Notes under the pieces: model-generated
The model's database searches: none
Seen by the model: the letters and a program-made list of their open reading frames with translations, nothing else
What the model was told of the DNA's origin: nothing
Position numbers and translations under genes: made by a program
Part shown: positions 41,630-51,304 of the stretch, in pieces
Layout: every line of letters begins with the position of its first letter
Position numbering within the stretch: position 1 is the stretch's first letter
From: Candidatus Bathyarchaeota archaeon
GTDB lineage: Archaea > Thermoproteota > Bathyarchaeia > 40CM-2-53-6 > CAVXDP01
Assembly (NCBI GenBank): GCA_963760485.1
Contig: CAVXDP010000011.1
Location: 574-64,573 of the forward strand
Direction: 5' to 3'
DNA length: 64,000 bases

Positions 41630-42398
41630 AAATGAAAATACTACCCAGAAGATGATCATGGAATCCATAGATGTCTGGAAGAGTTTCGGACATAACGGCA
41701 AAGAGATCGTGGCCCTTCAAGAAATAAGCTTCCAAATTCACAGTGGTGAGTTTGTTTGTATAGTTGGGCCGTCGGGCTGCGGCAAGAGCACTCTGCTTAG
41801 AATACTAGACGGACTTGAACCTCCAACCAAAGGTGAAGTTCTGTATCGAGATAAGAAAGTGACAGCCCCCGATCCGAAAATTGGAGTGATCTTTCAGACA
41901 TTCGCCCTTATCCCTTGGAAGACAGTCCTTGAGAATGTGGAGATGGGGTTACTGGCTACAGGGAAAACTAGGGAAAGAGCTCAACAGACGGCGAAAACAT
42001 TCATTCATGATGTAGGGTTGGAAGGATTTGAGGAGAGCTACCCTCGGGAGCTTTCCGGCGGTATGAAACAGAGGGTTGGCATCGCGAGAGCTCTGGCACT
42101 TGAACCAGAAGTATTATTGATGGATGAACCATTCTCATCCCTTGATGCATTGACAGCGGAGAACTTGAGGAGAGAAACTCTTGAGATGTGGGCTCGCCCA
42201 GACATTCCGGTAAATGTGTGTGTGATGGTTACACACAACGTCCAGGAAGCAGTGTACATGGCAGACAGGGTCCTAGTTTTAAGTGCCAGGCCTGGAAGAA
42301 TCGTCGGAGACGTAAGAGTGAACTTGCAAAGACCCAGGAACAGCAGAGACCCAGAGCTATTCAACTACGCGGATACAATCGTTTCAATGATCAGTTGA
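41619..42398 (+). CDS. ABC transporter ATP-binding protein
   Basis: Walker A GPSGCGKST, the LSGGMKQR signature, and Walker B LLMDEPFSSLD are all present. Confidence 0.8.
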   Translation: MSTENENTTQKMIMESIDVWKSFGHNGKEIVALQEISFQIHSGEFVCIVGPSGCGKSTLLRILDGLEPPTKGEVLYRDKKVTAPDPKIGVIFQTFALIPWKTVLENVEMGLLATGKTRERAQQTAKTFIHDVGLEGFEESYPRELSGGMKQRVGIARALALEPEVLLMDEPFSSLDALTAENLRRETLEMWARPDIPVNVCVMVTHNVQEAVYMADRVLVLSARPGRIVGDVRVNLQRPRNSRDPELFNYADTIVSMIS

Positions 42399-42882
42399 CA
42401 AACTTCGCCGTATGCCGATGGTCTTTTTTGGCGGTGACCCTCTGCGAGTCACCATCGTAGTCGAAACAGCGAGCGAAGCACCCCCAGCCGACTATCAAAT
42501 CAACCGAGTTCCCCATCTTTTCGCTTGGGCCGAATCTGCTCTGAAGCACATGAGTAATCTGTCTTTTGCTAAGCCTTCCTCCGCTGAGAAGGAGGTTTCT
42601 AATAAAAGAGAACACCTCCACGTTTTCCAACTGTTCGTGAAGAACTTTCTTCCTTCCAGCTATGGTACTAGCCATAACCTTGTGCGCAACGTTCGTGAGT
42701 TGTATGTCTCCTTTATCCACAGACACTAGACCGAACAGTTCCGCAGTTTCAACAACTTTGAGAAGATCATCGATATCCATTCTCAAGTCCATACCTATCT
42801 TTGCGACATCGGTCTTTCCCCCGTAACTCTTGACTATGTCCAATAGACCGAAGACCTCAGAGATGTGCGCTTTCGGTAACAT
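42391..42882 (-). CDS. hypothetical protein
   Basis: 163-aa ORF lying convergent with the ABC ATPase. No domain is recognised. Confidence 0.3.
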   Translation of the reverse strand: MLPKAHISEVFGLLDIVKSYGGKTDVAKIGMDLRMDIDDLLKVVETAELFGLVSVDKGDIQLTNVAHKVMASTIAGRKKVLHEQLENVEVFSFIRNLLLSGGRLSKRQITHVLQSRFGPSEKMGNSVDLIVGWGCFARCFDYDGDSQRVTAKKDHRHTAKFVN

Positions 42883-43070
42883 ACAACCACCATGAGCAGT
42901 CTTATCCAGTTCTTATTCATGCCGTTCCTACAAAAACAATTCGAATCGGAACAACTTCATCGTGATACAGACTATCCAACGACGCTCAAATCTAACATAT
43001 GTCCCGCGAACAGTCTGAGCTGAAGACCGACTCAACCTTTAATAGCCAAGTCCTCGACTCTGCTTCAACC

Positions 43071-43256
43071 ATGGCCACTACCGAAGAGAAAAAGGAGCCA
43101 GAAAGCGTAGGCATCATATATGAGTGCCTAAGCTGCGGATCGCGGATAACGTCCGATCAGTTGTCTATGATACCTGAGATAAAGTGCCCATACTGTGGAT
43201 ATAGAGTACTCAAGAAGACACGCCCACCAGTAGTGAAGCACATAAAAGCCAACTGA
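43071..43256 (+). CDS. rpoP: DNA-directed RNA polymerase subunit P (Rpo12/RpoP zinc ribbon)
   Basis: YECLSCGSRI…KCPYCGYRVLKKTRPP is the canonical RpoP ribbon. The listed ORF starts at 42999, but the internal ATG at 43071 gives a typical size. Confidence 0.65.
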   Translation: MATTEEKKEPESVGIIYECLSCGSRITSDQLSMIPEIKCPYCGYRVLKKTRPPVVKHIKAN

Positions 43257-43335
43257 AGGCCTCTGATCAAAACTGCTCCTCCTAGCGACACGCCGGAGTG
43301 AATTATGAAGTTATCTCTGCAGGAGGATAATTACC

Positions 43336-44322
43336 GTGGATATAAACTCGTACGTGAACAACCTCGCAAAGGACATCAAAACTATGAAAGTACGAGGAGC
43401 TGGGAAAATTGCGAGGCGAGCAGTCGAAGCCTTGAAGATCACAGCAAGACACTCGAAAGCGAGGAATGTAAACAACCTGATTCTAGAACTCGAAAAGGTG
43501 GCTTGCGTCCTTCTGAGGACGAGGCCTACAGCAGTCTCTCTTCCCAATGGAATAAGGTATGTGATGCATAGAGCCCGAGCTGCCGAGACCAGTAACTTGA
43601 ACGTCAATGATTTGAGACAGGTGGTAATCCGATCGTCCAACGAATTCATTCAGAACTCTAAGACCGCCGTTCAGAGGATTGGAGAGATGGGATCGAGGAG
43701 AATTGTCGACGGGGATGTGATCATGACCCACTGCCACAGCACATCTGCCCTGGCCATAATGAAATCAGCCAAGAGAGATGGAAAACGGATTGAAGTGATC
43801 GTTACGGAGTCCCGCCCGTTCCAACAGGGGATACTTACTGCTGGAGAGCTGAATCGACTGAAGATACCAGTCACATATATCGTCGACAGCGCCGTACGTT
43901 TTTTCATGAATAAGGTTGACAAAGTCGTCGTGGGAGCGGATGCAGTGGCTGCAAACGGTGCGGTCGTCAACAAGATTGGAACATCGCTTATGGCTCTGGC
44001 TGCTCATGAAGCGAGAACTCAATTCCTGGTGGCAGCAGAGACCTACAAATTTAGCCCCGACACAATGACAGGCGAGCTTGTTGAGATCGAGGAGAGAGAT
44101 GCTTGCGAGATCCTCTCAAAGAAGGACCAGAGACACTTGAAAATGACCAGGATTAGAAATCCATCTTTTGACGTCACGCCTCCTGAATATATTGACGCCA
44201 TAGTCACCGAGAGAGGTGTAATACCTCCCCAGGCGGCCCTACTGATATTGAAAGAAACGTTTGGGAAGATTCCACTCGAGGAGCTCATGGAGTATCGAAC
44301 TGTTCCTAGAGTTGAACACTAG
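43336..44322 (+). CDS. eIF-2B alpha/beta/delta-family protein (aIF-2B subunit / ribose-1,5-bisphosphate isomerase type)
   Basis: 328-aa protein (…KVRGAGKIARRAVEAL…ILTHCHSTSALAI…VGADAVAANGAVVNKIGT…) matching the e2b2 family along its whole length. Confidence 0.7.
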   Translation: MDINSYVNNLAKDIKTMKVRGAGKIARRAVEALKITARHSKARNVNNLILELEKVACVLLRTRPTAVSLPNGIRYVMHRARAAETSNLNVNDLRQVVIRSSNEFIQNSKTAVQRIGEMGSRRIVDGDVIMTHCHSTSALAIMKSAKRDGKRIEVIVTESRPFQQGILTAGELNRLKIPVTYIVDSAVRFFMNKVDKVVVGADAVAANGAVVNKIGTSLMALAAHEARTQFLVAAETYKFSPDTMTGELVEIEERDACEILSKKDQRHLKMTRIRNPSFDVTPPEYIDAIVTERGVIPPQAALLILKETFGKIPLEELMEYRTVPRVEH

Positions 44323-44331
44323 AACTCTTAT

Positions 44332-44754
44332 GTGAAACTCGAAGGGTATGTGTCATGTATGTCGCCCTTGGGCCTTGTCTCAAAAGAGAAGTTCATGGAG
44401 TTGCAGAGCAAATACGAAGAGCTAGGGCACTCGCTAGATCAATCGAAAGCCGAGGCTAAGAAGCTGAAGCTGAGAGTATCAGAACTGTCTGAAAGCGTGG
44501 AGATACTATCAAAGAAAAACAAGGAACTTACTTACAGTTATCACTCAGTCACCAAGGAAAAAGATCAACTACAAGCGAAGTTGGGAAAATATGCTGAAGA
44601 AAGACAGCTTCTTCAGAAGATGATTAAGGACCTAGAGTTCCTTGCAAGAAAGAGGAGAAAAAAGATAGAATCTTCGCCAGATACACAGTCATTCGAATCC
44701 GACATTCAGAAATTGTTGGAACAGACATCCATGGAACACAGTGACGATGACTAG
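44332..44754 (+). CDS. coiled-coil protein, hypothetical
   Basis: 140-aa protein with a heptad-rich K/E/L composition. Confidence 0.3.
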   Translation: MKLEGYVSCMSPLGLVSKEKFMELQSKYEELGHSLDQSKAEAKKLKLRVSELSESVEILSKKNKELTYSYHSVTKEKDQLQAKLGKYAEERQLLQKMIKDLEFLARKRRKKIESSPDTQSFESDIQKLLEQTSMEHSDDD

Positions 44755-45255
44755 TTGAAGCCCAAGGATCCTGTTCAAGTTGATTTCGTCTATTCTGGCC
44801 GGATTAGAAGAGAGTCTGAACATGTGAAAATCCAATATCCAGTAAATATCCGTTGGCAATGCATTAGATGCCATACATGCTCCGGCGATACGAAGCAACA
44901 CACTCGCCACGTCAGAATGCTCGACACTGAGGTCAAAGCCATCTCTCGTTTGACTGGCCTCAATCCACGAAGTTTCTGTGTCACACTCGATAGCATTGAG
45001 CCTTACAGATTTGAGATGCTCAAACAGACCTCAGGTGATTGCATATTTCTTAAAGGGCCCTCTTGCGTGATCTACAATGAACGACCACTGACATGCAAGT
45101 TCTACCCGTTCTATCTCGAGGAACATTCAATTGGAAATATCGTTTTCGATTTGACCAGCGAGAAATGCCCTGGACTTGGTCAAGGCCCCTTGCTAAGCAC
45201 CGAGTTCTTTGTTGAAATGCTCAGAACTGCTTCGAAACAAATGACTTCAAGATAG
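44755..45255 (+). CDS. YkgJ/UPF0153-family Fe-S/zinc-binding protein
   Basis: The motifs CIRCHTC and CIFLKGPSCVIYNERPLTCKFYPF match the YkgJ Cys-cluster family. Confidence 0.5.
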   Translation: MKPKDPVQVDFVYSGRIRRESEHVKIQYPVNIRWQCIRCHTCSGDTKQHTRHVRMLDTEVKAISRLTGLNPRSFCVTLDSIEPYRFEMLKQTSGDCIFLKGPSCVIYNERPLTCKFYPFYLEEHSIGNIVFDLTSEKCPGLGQGPLLSTEFFVEMLRTASKQMTSR

Positions 45256-45315
45256 ACATTTGACAACTATTTTAAGCTGAGAGCATCAGTGAATAGAACT
45301 CCGCGATACTAGGAA

Positions 45316-47049
45316 TTGATGGCATTGAGTGGAGTAGACAAGTACGAGATCTTGGCTGAACTGGCTCGAAGACGAGGGTTCTTCTGGCCTTCATTCGAGA
45401 TCTATGGTGGAGTTGGCGGATTCATGGATATGGGTCCGCTGGGCATCTCCATCAAACATCGCTTGATAGAGAAGTGGAGAGATTTTTTCATCAGACGACA
45501 AGGCCTACTTGAGATCGCCACTCCAGTAATCATGCCGGCGAAAGTCTTCGAGGCTTCAGGTCATATACAGCACTTCAAGGACTCCATGGTCGAGTGCACA
45601 AAATGCAAACGAAAGTACAGAGCCGACCACATTCTCTCCGATGCAACCGGCATGGAGACTGAGGGATTTGATCTTGACCATCTCAATCGGTTGATCAGAG
45701 AGAAAAATGTTCACTGCATGGAATGCGGCGGAGACCTGTCGGACCCTCAGTACTTCGGTACCATGTTCATGACGACCATAGGCCCATACAGCGATGCCAT
45801 CGGATACGCAAGGCCCGAAGCCGCGCAAGGAATGTTCGTTAACTTCAGACGCATCTACGAAGTGGCCAGAGAAAAGATGCCGCTGGGTATAGCTCAAATT
45901 GGCCAAGCATTAAGAAACGAGATCTCACCGCGTCAAGGCCCATTGAGGCTTAGAGAATTCACGATTATGGAGTTTGAGTTCTTCTTCGACCCAGAAGACC
46001 CAAGATGCGACCGCCTGCCAGACGTTCAAAATGAGAAGCTACGCCTAGTTCCGATAGAGCTTCGGGAGAAAGGAATAGAGGAACCGATTGAATTGTCTGT
46101 TGCCGAAGCATTGGATAAAGAGTATGTGAAACAGCCTTGGTCAGCCTACTTCATGGCCTTGTCTAAGCAGTTCCTAACGGAGTTGGGAATTCCTGAAGGG
46201 AAACAGAGATTCCATGAGAAACTTACAACGGAGCGAGCACATTACTCTGCGCAAACATACGATCATCAGGTCGAACTTGACAGATGGGGTTGGGTGGAGC
46301 TCGCAGGTAACGCTTACAGAACCGCTTTCGATCTTCAAGGACACATCAAAACCTCTGGGGTAGACTTAACCGCCTTCAAAGCCTACGACGCCCCAGTCAA
46401 GAGGAAACTGAAGGTTGTTGTACCGATCAGCGCGACAATTGGACCGGAATTCAAGGAGCACGCTAGTAAGATTGCGAGAAAGATATCGGAGACGGATGCA
46501 AGTCTGATTGAAAAAGCATTCGTACAAGATGGTTTTATCGAAATAGACGGTTTCAAGGTGTTGCCTAAACATGTCAAGATTGATGAAAGAGAAACCAGCG
46601 AGTCTGGGAGAAGATATATTCCGCATGTAATAGAGCCCAGCTTTGGAGCCGAGCGACTTGTCTACGCCGTTCTCGAATATTCTTACACAGTTGTGAAAGA
46701 CAGAGTGGTCATGAAGATTCCTAGAGACCTCGTGCCAATTCAAGCCATCATTCTACCCCTAGTCAACAAAGATGGGTTAGATGACAAGGCTCGGCAAATC
46801 TACAAGATGCTACTGCAACAGAAGTTCGATCTAGAGTACGATGAATCAGGATCCATAGGACGGAGATATGCGAGAGCCGACGAGGCTGGAATCCCATTGG
46901 CAGTAACTATTGACTATCAGACCATGAAGGATGACACTGTAACACTGCGAGATCGAGACACTTGGATGCAGAAACGTTTCAAGGTATCTGAGATCGCTAA
47001 CACCCTCCACAGATACATGTCCAGCACGGTTTCACTCCAGGGCCTGTAG
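45316..47049 (+). CDS. glyS: glycine--tRNA ligase (archaeal/eukaryotic class II type)
   Basis: 577-aa protein. The N-terminus …RRGFFWPSFEIYGGVGGFMDMGPLG… and the overall architecture are typical of archaeal GlyRS. Confidence 0.85.
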   Translation: MMALSGVDKYEILAELARRRGFFWPSFEIYGGVGGFMDMGPLGISIKHRLIEKWRDFFIRRQGLLEIATPVIMPAKVFEASGHIQHFKDSMVECTKCKRKYRADHILSDATGMETEGFDLDHLNRLIREKNVHCMECGGDLSDPQYFGTMFMTTIGPYSDAIGYARPEAAQGMFVNFRRIYEVAREKMPLGIAQIGQALRNEISPRQGPLRLREFTIMEFEFFFDPEDPRCDRLPDVQNEKLRLVPIELREKGIEEPIELSVAEALDKEYVKQPWSAYFMALSKQFLTELGIPEGKQRFHEKLTTERAHYSAQTYDHQVELDRWGWVELAGNAYRTAFDLQGHIKTSGVDLTAFKAYDAPVKRKLKVVVPISATIGPEFKEHASKIARKISETDASLIEKAFVQDGFIEIDGFKVLPKHVKIDERETSESGRRYIPHVIEPSFGAERLVYAVLEYSYTVVKDRVVMKIPRDLVPIQAIILPLVNKDGLDDKARQIYKMLLQQKFDLEYDESGSIGRRYARADEAGIPLAVTIDYQTMKDDTVTLRDRDTWMQKRFKVSEIANTLHRYMSSTVSLQGL

Positions 47050-47081
47050 CTTGCCGGACCTTTCAAACACCCTTAGCTACG

Positions 47082-47093
47082 TTTTTATTTGAA
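47082..47093 (+). terminator. oligo-T tract downstream of glyS, candidate archaeal intrinsic terminator
   Basis: The run cgtttttatttg lies ~35 nt after the glyS stop. Archaeal RNAP terminates at U-tracts. Confidence 0.25.
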
Positions 47094-47123
47094 GTCAGCG
47101 TAGCGTCTAGTAGCCGAGCATAT

Positions 47124-47819
47124 GTGGCTGCGTGTTCCAAAAAAATATGGTGTTTCAAAGTGACATTCCCACTCGAAGCCGAAGCCAATATCAGAAGACG
47201 AATGCTTAACATTTGCCAAGACCACGCCAGATCTGTGGTTGATGTTGTACGGGAGCTTACACTGATGATTGATAGCATCGCAGAGGACAAGCCGAAGAAG
47301 GTGAAAGAGCACTACGAGAACATGCTTAAGCTCCTTGAGTCGGTAAGCAAACTTAAGACAAATCTATTAGAGGAAGTTGCAGCAGTAGGGTCACTCCTAA
47401 TCAGCCGAGAGGGGTTTCTGAGGCTGATATTCGAACTTGAAAGGATAGCCGACTATGCAGAGGCCGTCGGCTACAGACTCGAGAGTATGATTGAAGGAAA
47501 ATGGAAGATTGAGAACAAGTTCATGAAAAGCCTTGCAGAATTCATGTCAATGATTCTGGACGAGATAACGAAAGTAAGAGAGACGATGATCTCGCTTGGT
47601 TTCAACCCTGACAGAGCGATCGAGGCTTCTAAGGCTGTTGAGGACGCGGAGAAAAAGATAGATGCAAAACACCGCAGCATTGACATGGAGATACTCTCGA
47701 GCAGATTGCAGATCCAAGTCATGTTGCTTCTCCGAGATATCTTGGGTCGCCTGGAAGATATCGCTGACACAGGTGTAAACGTGATTGACATGATAAGAGT
47801 TCTGGCGATTTACTCGTAG
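47124..47819 (+). CDS. PhoU-like / DUF47-family protein (phosphate-transport-regulator-related)
   Basis: 231-aa all-helical protein with a PhoU/DUF47-type repeat architecture (…RIADYAEAVGYRLES… and …RLEDIADTGVNVID…). Confidence 0.45.
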   Translation: MAACSKKIWCFKVTFPLEAEANIRRRMLNICQDHARSVVDVVRELTLMIDSIAEDKPKKVKEHYENMLKLLESVSKLKTNLLEEVAAVGSLLISREGFLRLIFELERIADYAEAVGYRLESMIEGKWKIENKFMKSLAEFMSMILDEITKVRETMISLGFNPDRAIEASKAVEDAEKKIDAKHRSIDMEILSSRLQIQVMLLLRDILGRLEDIADTGVNVIDMIRVLAIYS

Positions 47820-47830
47820 AGGACTTAACG

Positions 47831-48391
47831 ATGGAGGAGAAGCCGACCGCGGAGCTTATTGGAACGAGACTTGTTGTCTGGAACCCACGCGACGGAACTG
47901 AACTCTATAGACTGGGGTTCTACGGCAAACCAGTCGGAATTCCAAAACCGAAACCTGACCAAGACTTCGCTGTACCACTAATACTCGATATTATTGAAGG
48001 TCTCTATCTGCATGAGAAAAAGAAAATCAAGATCGTAGAGCCAAGGAGTAAGAAAATCCTCAAGAAGACGACACTTCTTAATCTGGCGCAACGGGCATAC
48101 AGCGGATTCGACCTTGCCTACATCGTGTACAAAGATCTCAGGGACAAAGGGTACATAGTAACTCCTGGAATCAAGTTTGGAGCAGACTTTGCAGTCTACG
48201 AACACGGTCCAGGCATAGACCACGCACCTTTCATCATCTCAGTCAAGACGATGAAAGAAAACATGGGACCGTTCGATGTTGTCAGAGCTGGCAGACTCGC
48301 CACGACCGTTAGAAAACAGTTCATAGTAGGCGCCCCGAATAAACGTTCGAAGAAGGTTGACTATCTAGTCTTTAAGTGGTTCAAAGCCTAG
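47831..48391 (+). CDS. endA: tRNA-intron (splicing) endonuclease catalytic subunit
   Basis: 186-aa protein. …VYKDLRDKGYIVTPGIKFGADFAVYEHGP…HAPFII… matches the EndA catalytic domain. Confidence 0.7.
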   Translation: MEEKPTAELIGTRLVVWNPRDGTELYRLGFYGKPVGIPKPKPDQDFAVPLILDIIEGLYLHEKKKIKIVEPRSKKILKKTTLLNLAQRAYSGFDLAYIVYKDLRDKGYIVTPGIKFGADFAVYEHGPGIDHAPFIISVKTMKENMGPFDVVRAGRLATTVRKQFIVGAPNKRSKKVDYLVFKWFKA

Positions 48392-48454
48392 TTAGCCAAA
48401 CTCAACATTCTGGAACGGAAAACGCTATTAGCAGTTTTTGACTTCATCACGGCT

Positions 48455-49207
48455 ATGGCAAAGCTTCCACAACTAGTTGTTGAAGGTGACTCTCTCCCCG
48501 AAGTATGGGAGAAAAGCCTTTCAGCTCTTTTTCATCAGGGAATCAGATCCTACAAGGAATCCTACAGACATGCTGAAGAGAAGATTGAAGTCGTAGAGGC
48601 GTCCATGAAGATGATTGTGAGGGACCCTCTTCAGGAGCCGATGCTACACATGGGATGTGAGGGTCTCGGCAGCTTGAGGGAATACGTGGACGAGGTCTTG
48701 GACGGATCGAAAGATGATTATGTGGACCGTGGATTCTGGGACTACACCTATCATAGGCTTCTTAGGAATTATGAGGTCTACGACAAACCTGGTGTAGACC
48801 AGTTGAAGTATGTCATCGAGAAACTCAGCGCCACACCATTCTCGAATAGAGCTCAAGCAACTACGTGGATGCCTTGGAAGCATCCCACAGTTAAGGGCCC
48901 TCCATGTCTTCAGAGGATTTGGTGCAAGAGATTTGGAGATGAACTGGAAATGCATACGAGTTGGAGGAGCCGTGACTCCTACAACGCGGCCTTCATGAAT
49001 ATGTACGCGATTATTCAACTCCAGAAAGGCTTCGCGGAAACAATTGGCGCGAAAGTCGGCCAGTACGTCGACGATTCGGACAGCTACCACATTTACTCTT
49101 ACAACGTTAGGAGTGTAGAGAAGCTTCTAGACACTGCCGAGACACTCAGGAAGAAAGGTGCCTCACCATACGAGTACAGCTCGCTGCTAATCAGAATGTC
49201 AAAATAG
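48455..49207 (+). CDS. thyA: archaeal-type thymidylate synthase (ThyA-like, likely methylene-H4MPT dependent)
   Basis: 250-aa protein. A TS-like FSNRAQATTWMPWKH (the NRR..W…P motif) and a conserved Cys (PPCLQRIW) are present. Confidence 0.5.
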   Translation: MAKLPQLVVEGDSLPEVWEKSLSALFHQGIRSYKESYRHAEEKIEVVEASMKMIVRDPLQEPMLHMGCEGLGSLREYVDEVLDGSKDDYVDRGFWDYTYHRLLRNYEVYDKPGVDQLKYVIEKLSATPFSNRAQATTWMPWKHPTVKGPPCLQRIWCKRFGDELEMHTSWRSRDSYNAAFMNMYAIIQLQKGFAETIGAKVGQYVDDSDSYHIYSYNVRSVEKLLDTAETLRKKGASPYEYSSLLIRMSK

Positions 49208-49835
49208 GCAGACGTCGCTTTGCCACATGAGAAGAAATGAGAATGCTCATCAGCACAGTCGCCACGTAGATTGGCATGTCGATCCAGAACTCGGGGATTG
49301 GAGTCGAAGGTTCAACTGATACGTGACTAGGCGTAGCCGCCGAATCCATGTACAATACCACATTGGGGTCAGGAATCAGAGTGTTCTTCACAGGCGTTAG
49401 TTGCAATGCAAGCGCCCCTCCAGCCGGCACTTGAAATGTGCTCGTGAAGAGGTTCAGACTGTACTCGTTGGGGAATTGTCTAATGCCAGTAATGTTACCT
49501 TGAGCCATTACTTGGAAACTCCCCGCAGACAGATAGCCAATAGCGACACGCAATGATGTTGACATGACGGTATACCCCAGCCAGAGAGATATTGTCCAGG
49601 TGCTCACATCTATTGATATATCTGAAGACAGTACGCCCGTTCTGAAATAGTACGACACGTAGCCCAAGTCAAGAGGATAGGAGTACTGCGTCGGCTGATT
49701 CTCATCCATCAGGTATTCAAAAGGATTCTCAAAAGTCCACTTATGGAGGTAGAAGACCTGAGCTGGACTTGCCTTCACCGAACCCATCGACAATGCCAGT
49801 AGGACTAGAAGACCGATGACCACTATCGCCCTCAT
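49191..49835 (-). CDS. secreted/surface protein with N-terminal signal peptide and C-terminal TM anchor, hypothetical
   Basis: Signal-like N-terminus MRAIVVIGLLVLLALSMGSVKASP. The C-terminus has a hydrophobic helix followed by KRR. Confidence 0.35.
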   Translation of the reverse strand: MRAIVVIGLLVLLALSMGSVKASPAQVFYLHKWTFENPFEYLMDENQPTQYSYPLDLGYVSYYFRTGVLSSDISIDVSTWTISLWLGYTVMSTSLRVAIGYLSAGSFQVMAQGNITGIRQFPNEYSLNLFTSTFQVPAGGALALQLTPVKNTLIPDPNVVLYMDSAATPSHVSVEPSTPIPEFWIDMPIYVATVLMSILISSHVAKRRLPILTF

Positions 49836-50203
49836 GGAATCTCCCTGGATCCTAATAGCTTCACATCTAATTGAAAGTTAGCTTTTGCCCTTGCAACTAA
49901 CCAACCGAAGATCATCGTCGACGTGTGCTGCACGGACTCGCACACCGCCTGAACGGCACAAGGGGTTCCGTAAGGCTTCTAGTCTAGCTACGAGTCTAGA
50001 CCAGGGCGCTATTTAAGCATCGGTCAACAATAAATGATGTCATAATGCCCACAACAACTGGAATTTGAGTGACAGGTGATCATGAAGCTCGCCTGTCCCA
50101 CATCGAGGAACCGCAGCGGTTGACATGTTCTATCAAATAACATGTTAGAGTGTTCGAGCCCAGAACGGATTTCTTGCGCTTAGCATTATAGGAGTGATCG
50201 GAT

Positions 50204-50452
50204 ATGGGTATCAAAGAGAAATTTACTCGTGCCAACTGGGAGCTGAATTGCCTCTTCAGAACTGGTAAACTACCACAGTGCACAGCACCAACGCCATACT
50301 ACCCACAGGGAGGTTCGCATACAGGATGGTCTGGGGGACGGCAGGCGCTTTGTAGTATGTGTGGGAGACAGATTCGCAAAGGCGACAGATTCTGCGACAG
50401 GTGTGGCACGCGGACCCTTTCAAACCTAACCTCACAAAGAAGGCCACAATAA
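50204..50452 (+). CDS. small zinc-ribbon protein, hypothetical
   Basis: 82-aa protein ending in CSMCGRQIRKGDRFCDRCG. Confidence 0.3.
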   Translation: MGIKEKFTRANWELNCLFRTGKLPQCTAPTPYYPQGGSHTGWSGGRQALCSMCGRQIRKGDRFCDRCGTRTLSNLTSQRRPQ

Positions 50453-50510
50453 ATCGCTGGAAGATTCCGAGTCCAGGTTCTTCACGGACGTTAAGCTAAG
50501 GGTCGCGTTA

Positions 50511-50877
50511 CTTCTGCGATTTTGTGCATTTGGGGCAGAATGACGAGCCTGCCTCAATTTCAGCTCCGCAGAACCTACAGTTCGTGCTCGATTCCTTTTT
50601 CTGAGATTCGATTGGTCTAGCAATGATTTTTGTTGCGCTGGCGAGCTCCGGCGAAGCATATGATAAGTCCGAATATAGCTATGAGACCGCCTACGAACTG
50701 GAGCATGACGGCGACGATCTCGAGTGAAAGGCCCCACGAGGTCATGGGCTTCGCAAATTCAGCCAGCCATGCACCGAGCAGAGTTGTTGGATGAAGTTCG
50801 GATGACAATCCAAACTGATAGGATATGAAGCCAATTACGAGCATCAATGAGCCGGCTAGAAATACTGATCGCTTCAT
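50511..50877 (-). CDS. small membrane protein with C-terminal zinc ribbon (frames joined by a putative frameshift near 50620)
   Basis: The 86-aa two-TM ORF 50617..50877 ends at a stop codon. The adjacent downstream frame, which has no start codon, encodes NCRFCGAEIEAGSSFCPKCTKSQK. Confidence 0.3.
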
Positions 50878-50994
50878 TCACTTGAACCTCTCATACGCAA
50901 CGTAAGGCGACACATGAAAGATTTCAATGTTGGGTTCTGCTAGCGAAAATCCTTAAAAGAAGACTGTGAGTGTAAGCAGGATAGGTAATACCAG

Positions 50995-51267
50995 ATGCCT
51001 CTAAGTGGAATGGAACTGGTTATTGTTGCAGTAGTCATCGTAGTATTCCTCATGTGGGGACCGAAGAAACTTCCTGAGTTGGCTCGATCAATAGGCCTGG
51101 CGAAGAAGGAGTTTGAACAGGCCAAAACTGAGGCCACACAGACAGCACCCGTGTCGACTGAAGATGTTCTGATCAAGACTGCGAAAGAGCTGGGAATATC
51201 GACAGAAGGCAAGACCAAGGATCAGATATCACAAGAGATTGTCCAAAGATCCAAAGAAGTGAAGTAG
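50995..51267 (+). CDS. tatA: twin-arginine translocase TatA/E subunit
   Basis: N-terminal TM helix, then a GPKKLPELARSIGLAKKEFEQAK amphipathic helix. This is the canonical TatA arrangement. Confidence 0.7.
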   Translation: MPLSGMELVIVAVVIVVFLMWGPKKLPELARSIGLAKKEFEQAKTEATQTAPVSTEDVLIKTAKELGISTEGKTKDQISQEIVQRSKEVK

Positions 51268-51304
51268 TATAATTCTATGATTCTCACGCTGACTGATGCA
51301 TTTG

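Noticed and set aside
42999-43070. N-terminal 24-aa extension of the rpoP ORF
   Set aside because: RpoP is ~45-60 aa in archaea. The upstream Met at 42999 precedes a Ser/Thr-rich non-conserved stretch. The internal ATG at 43071 is the more plausible start.
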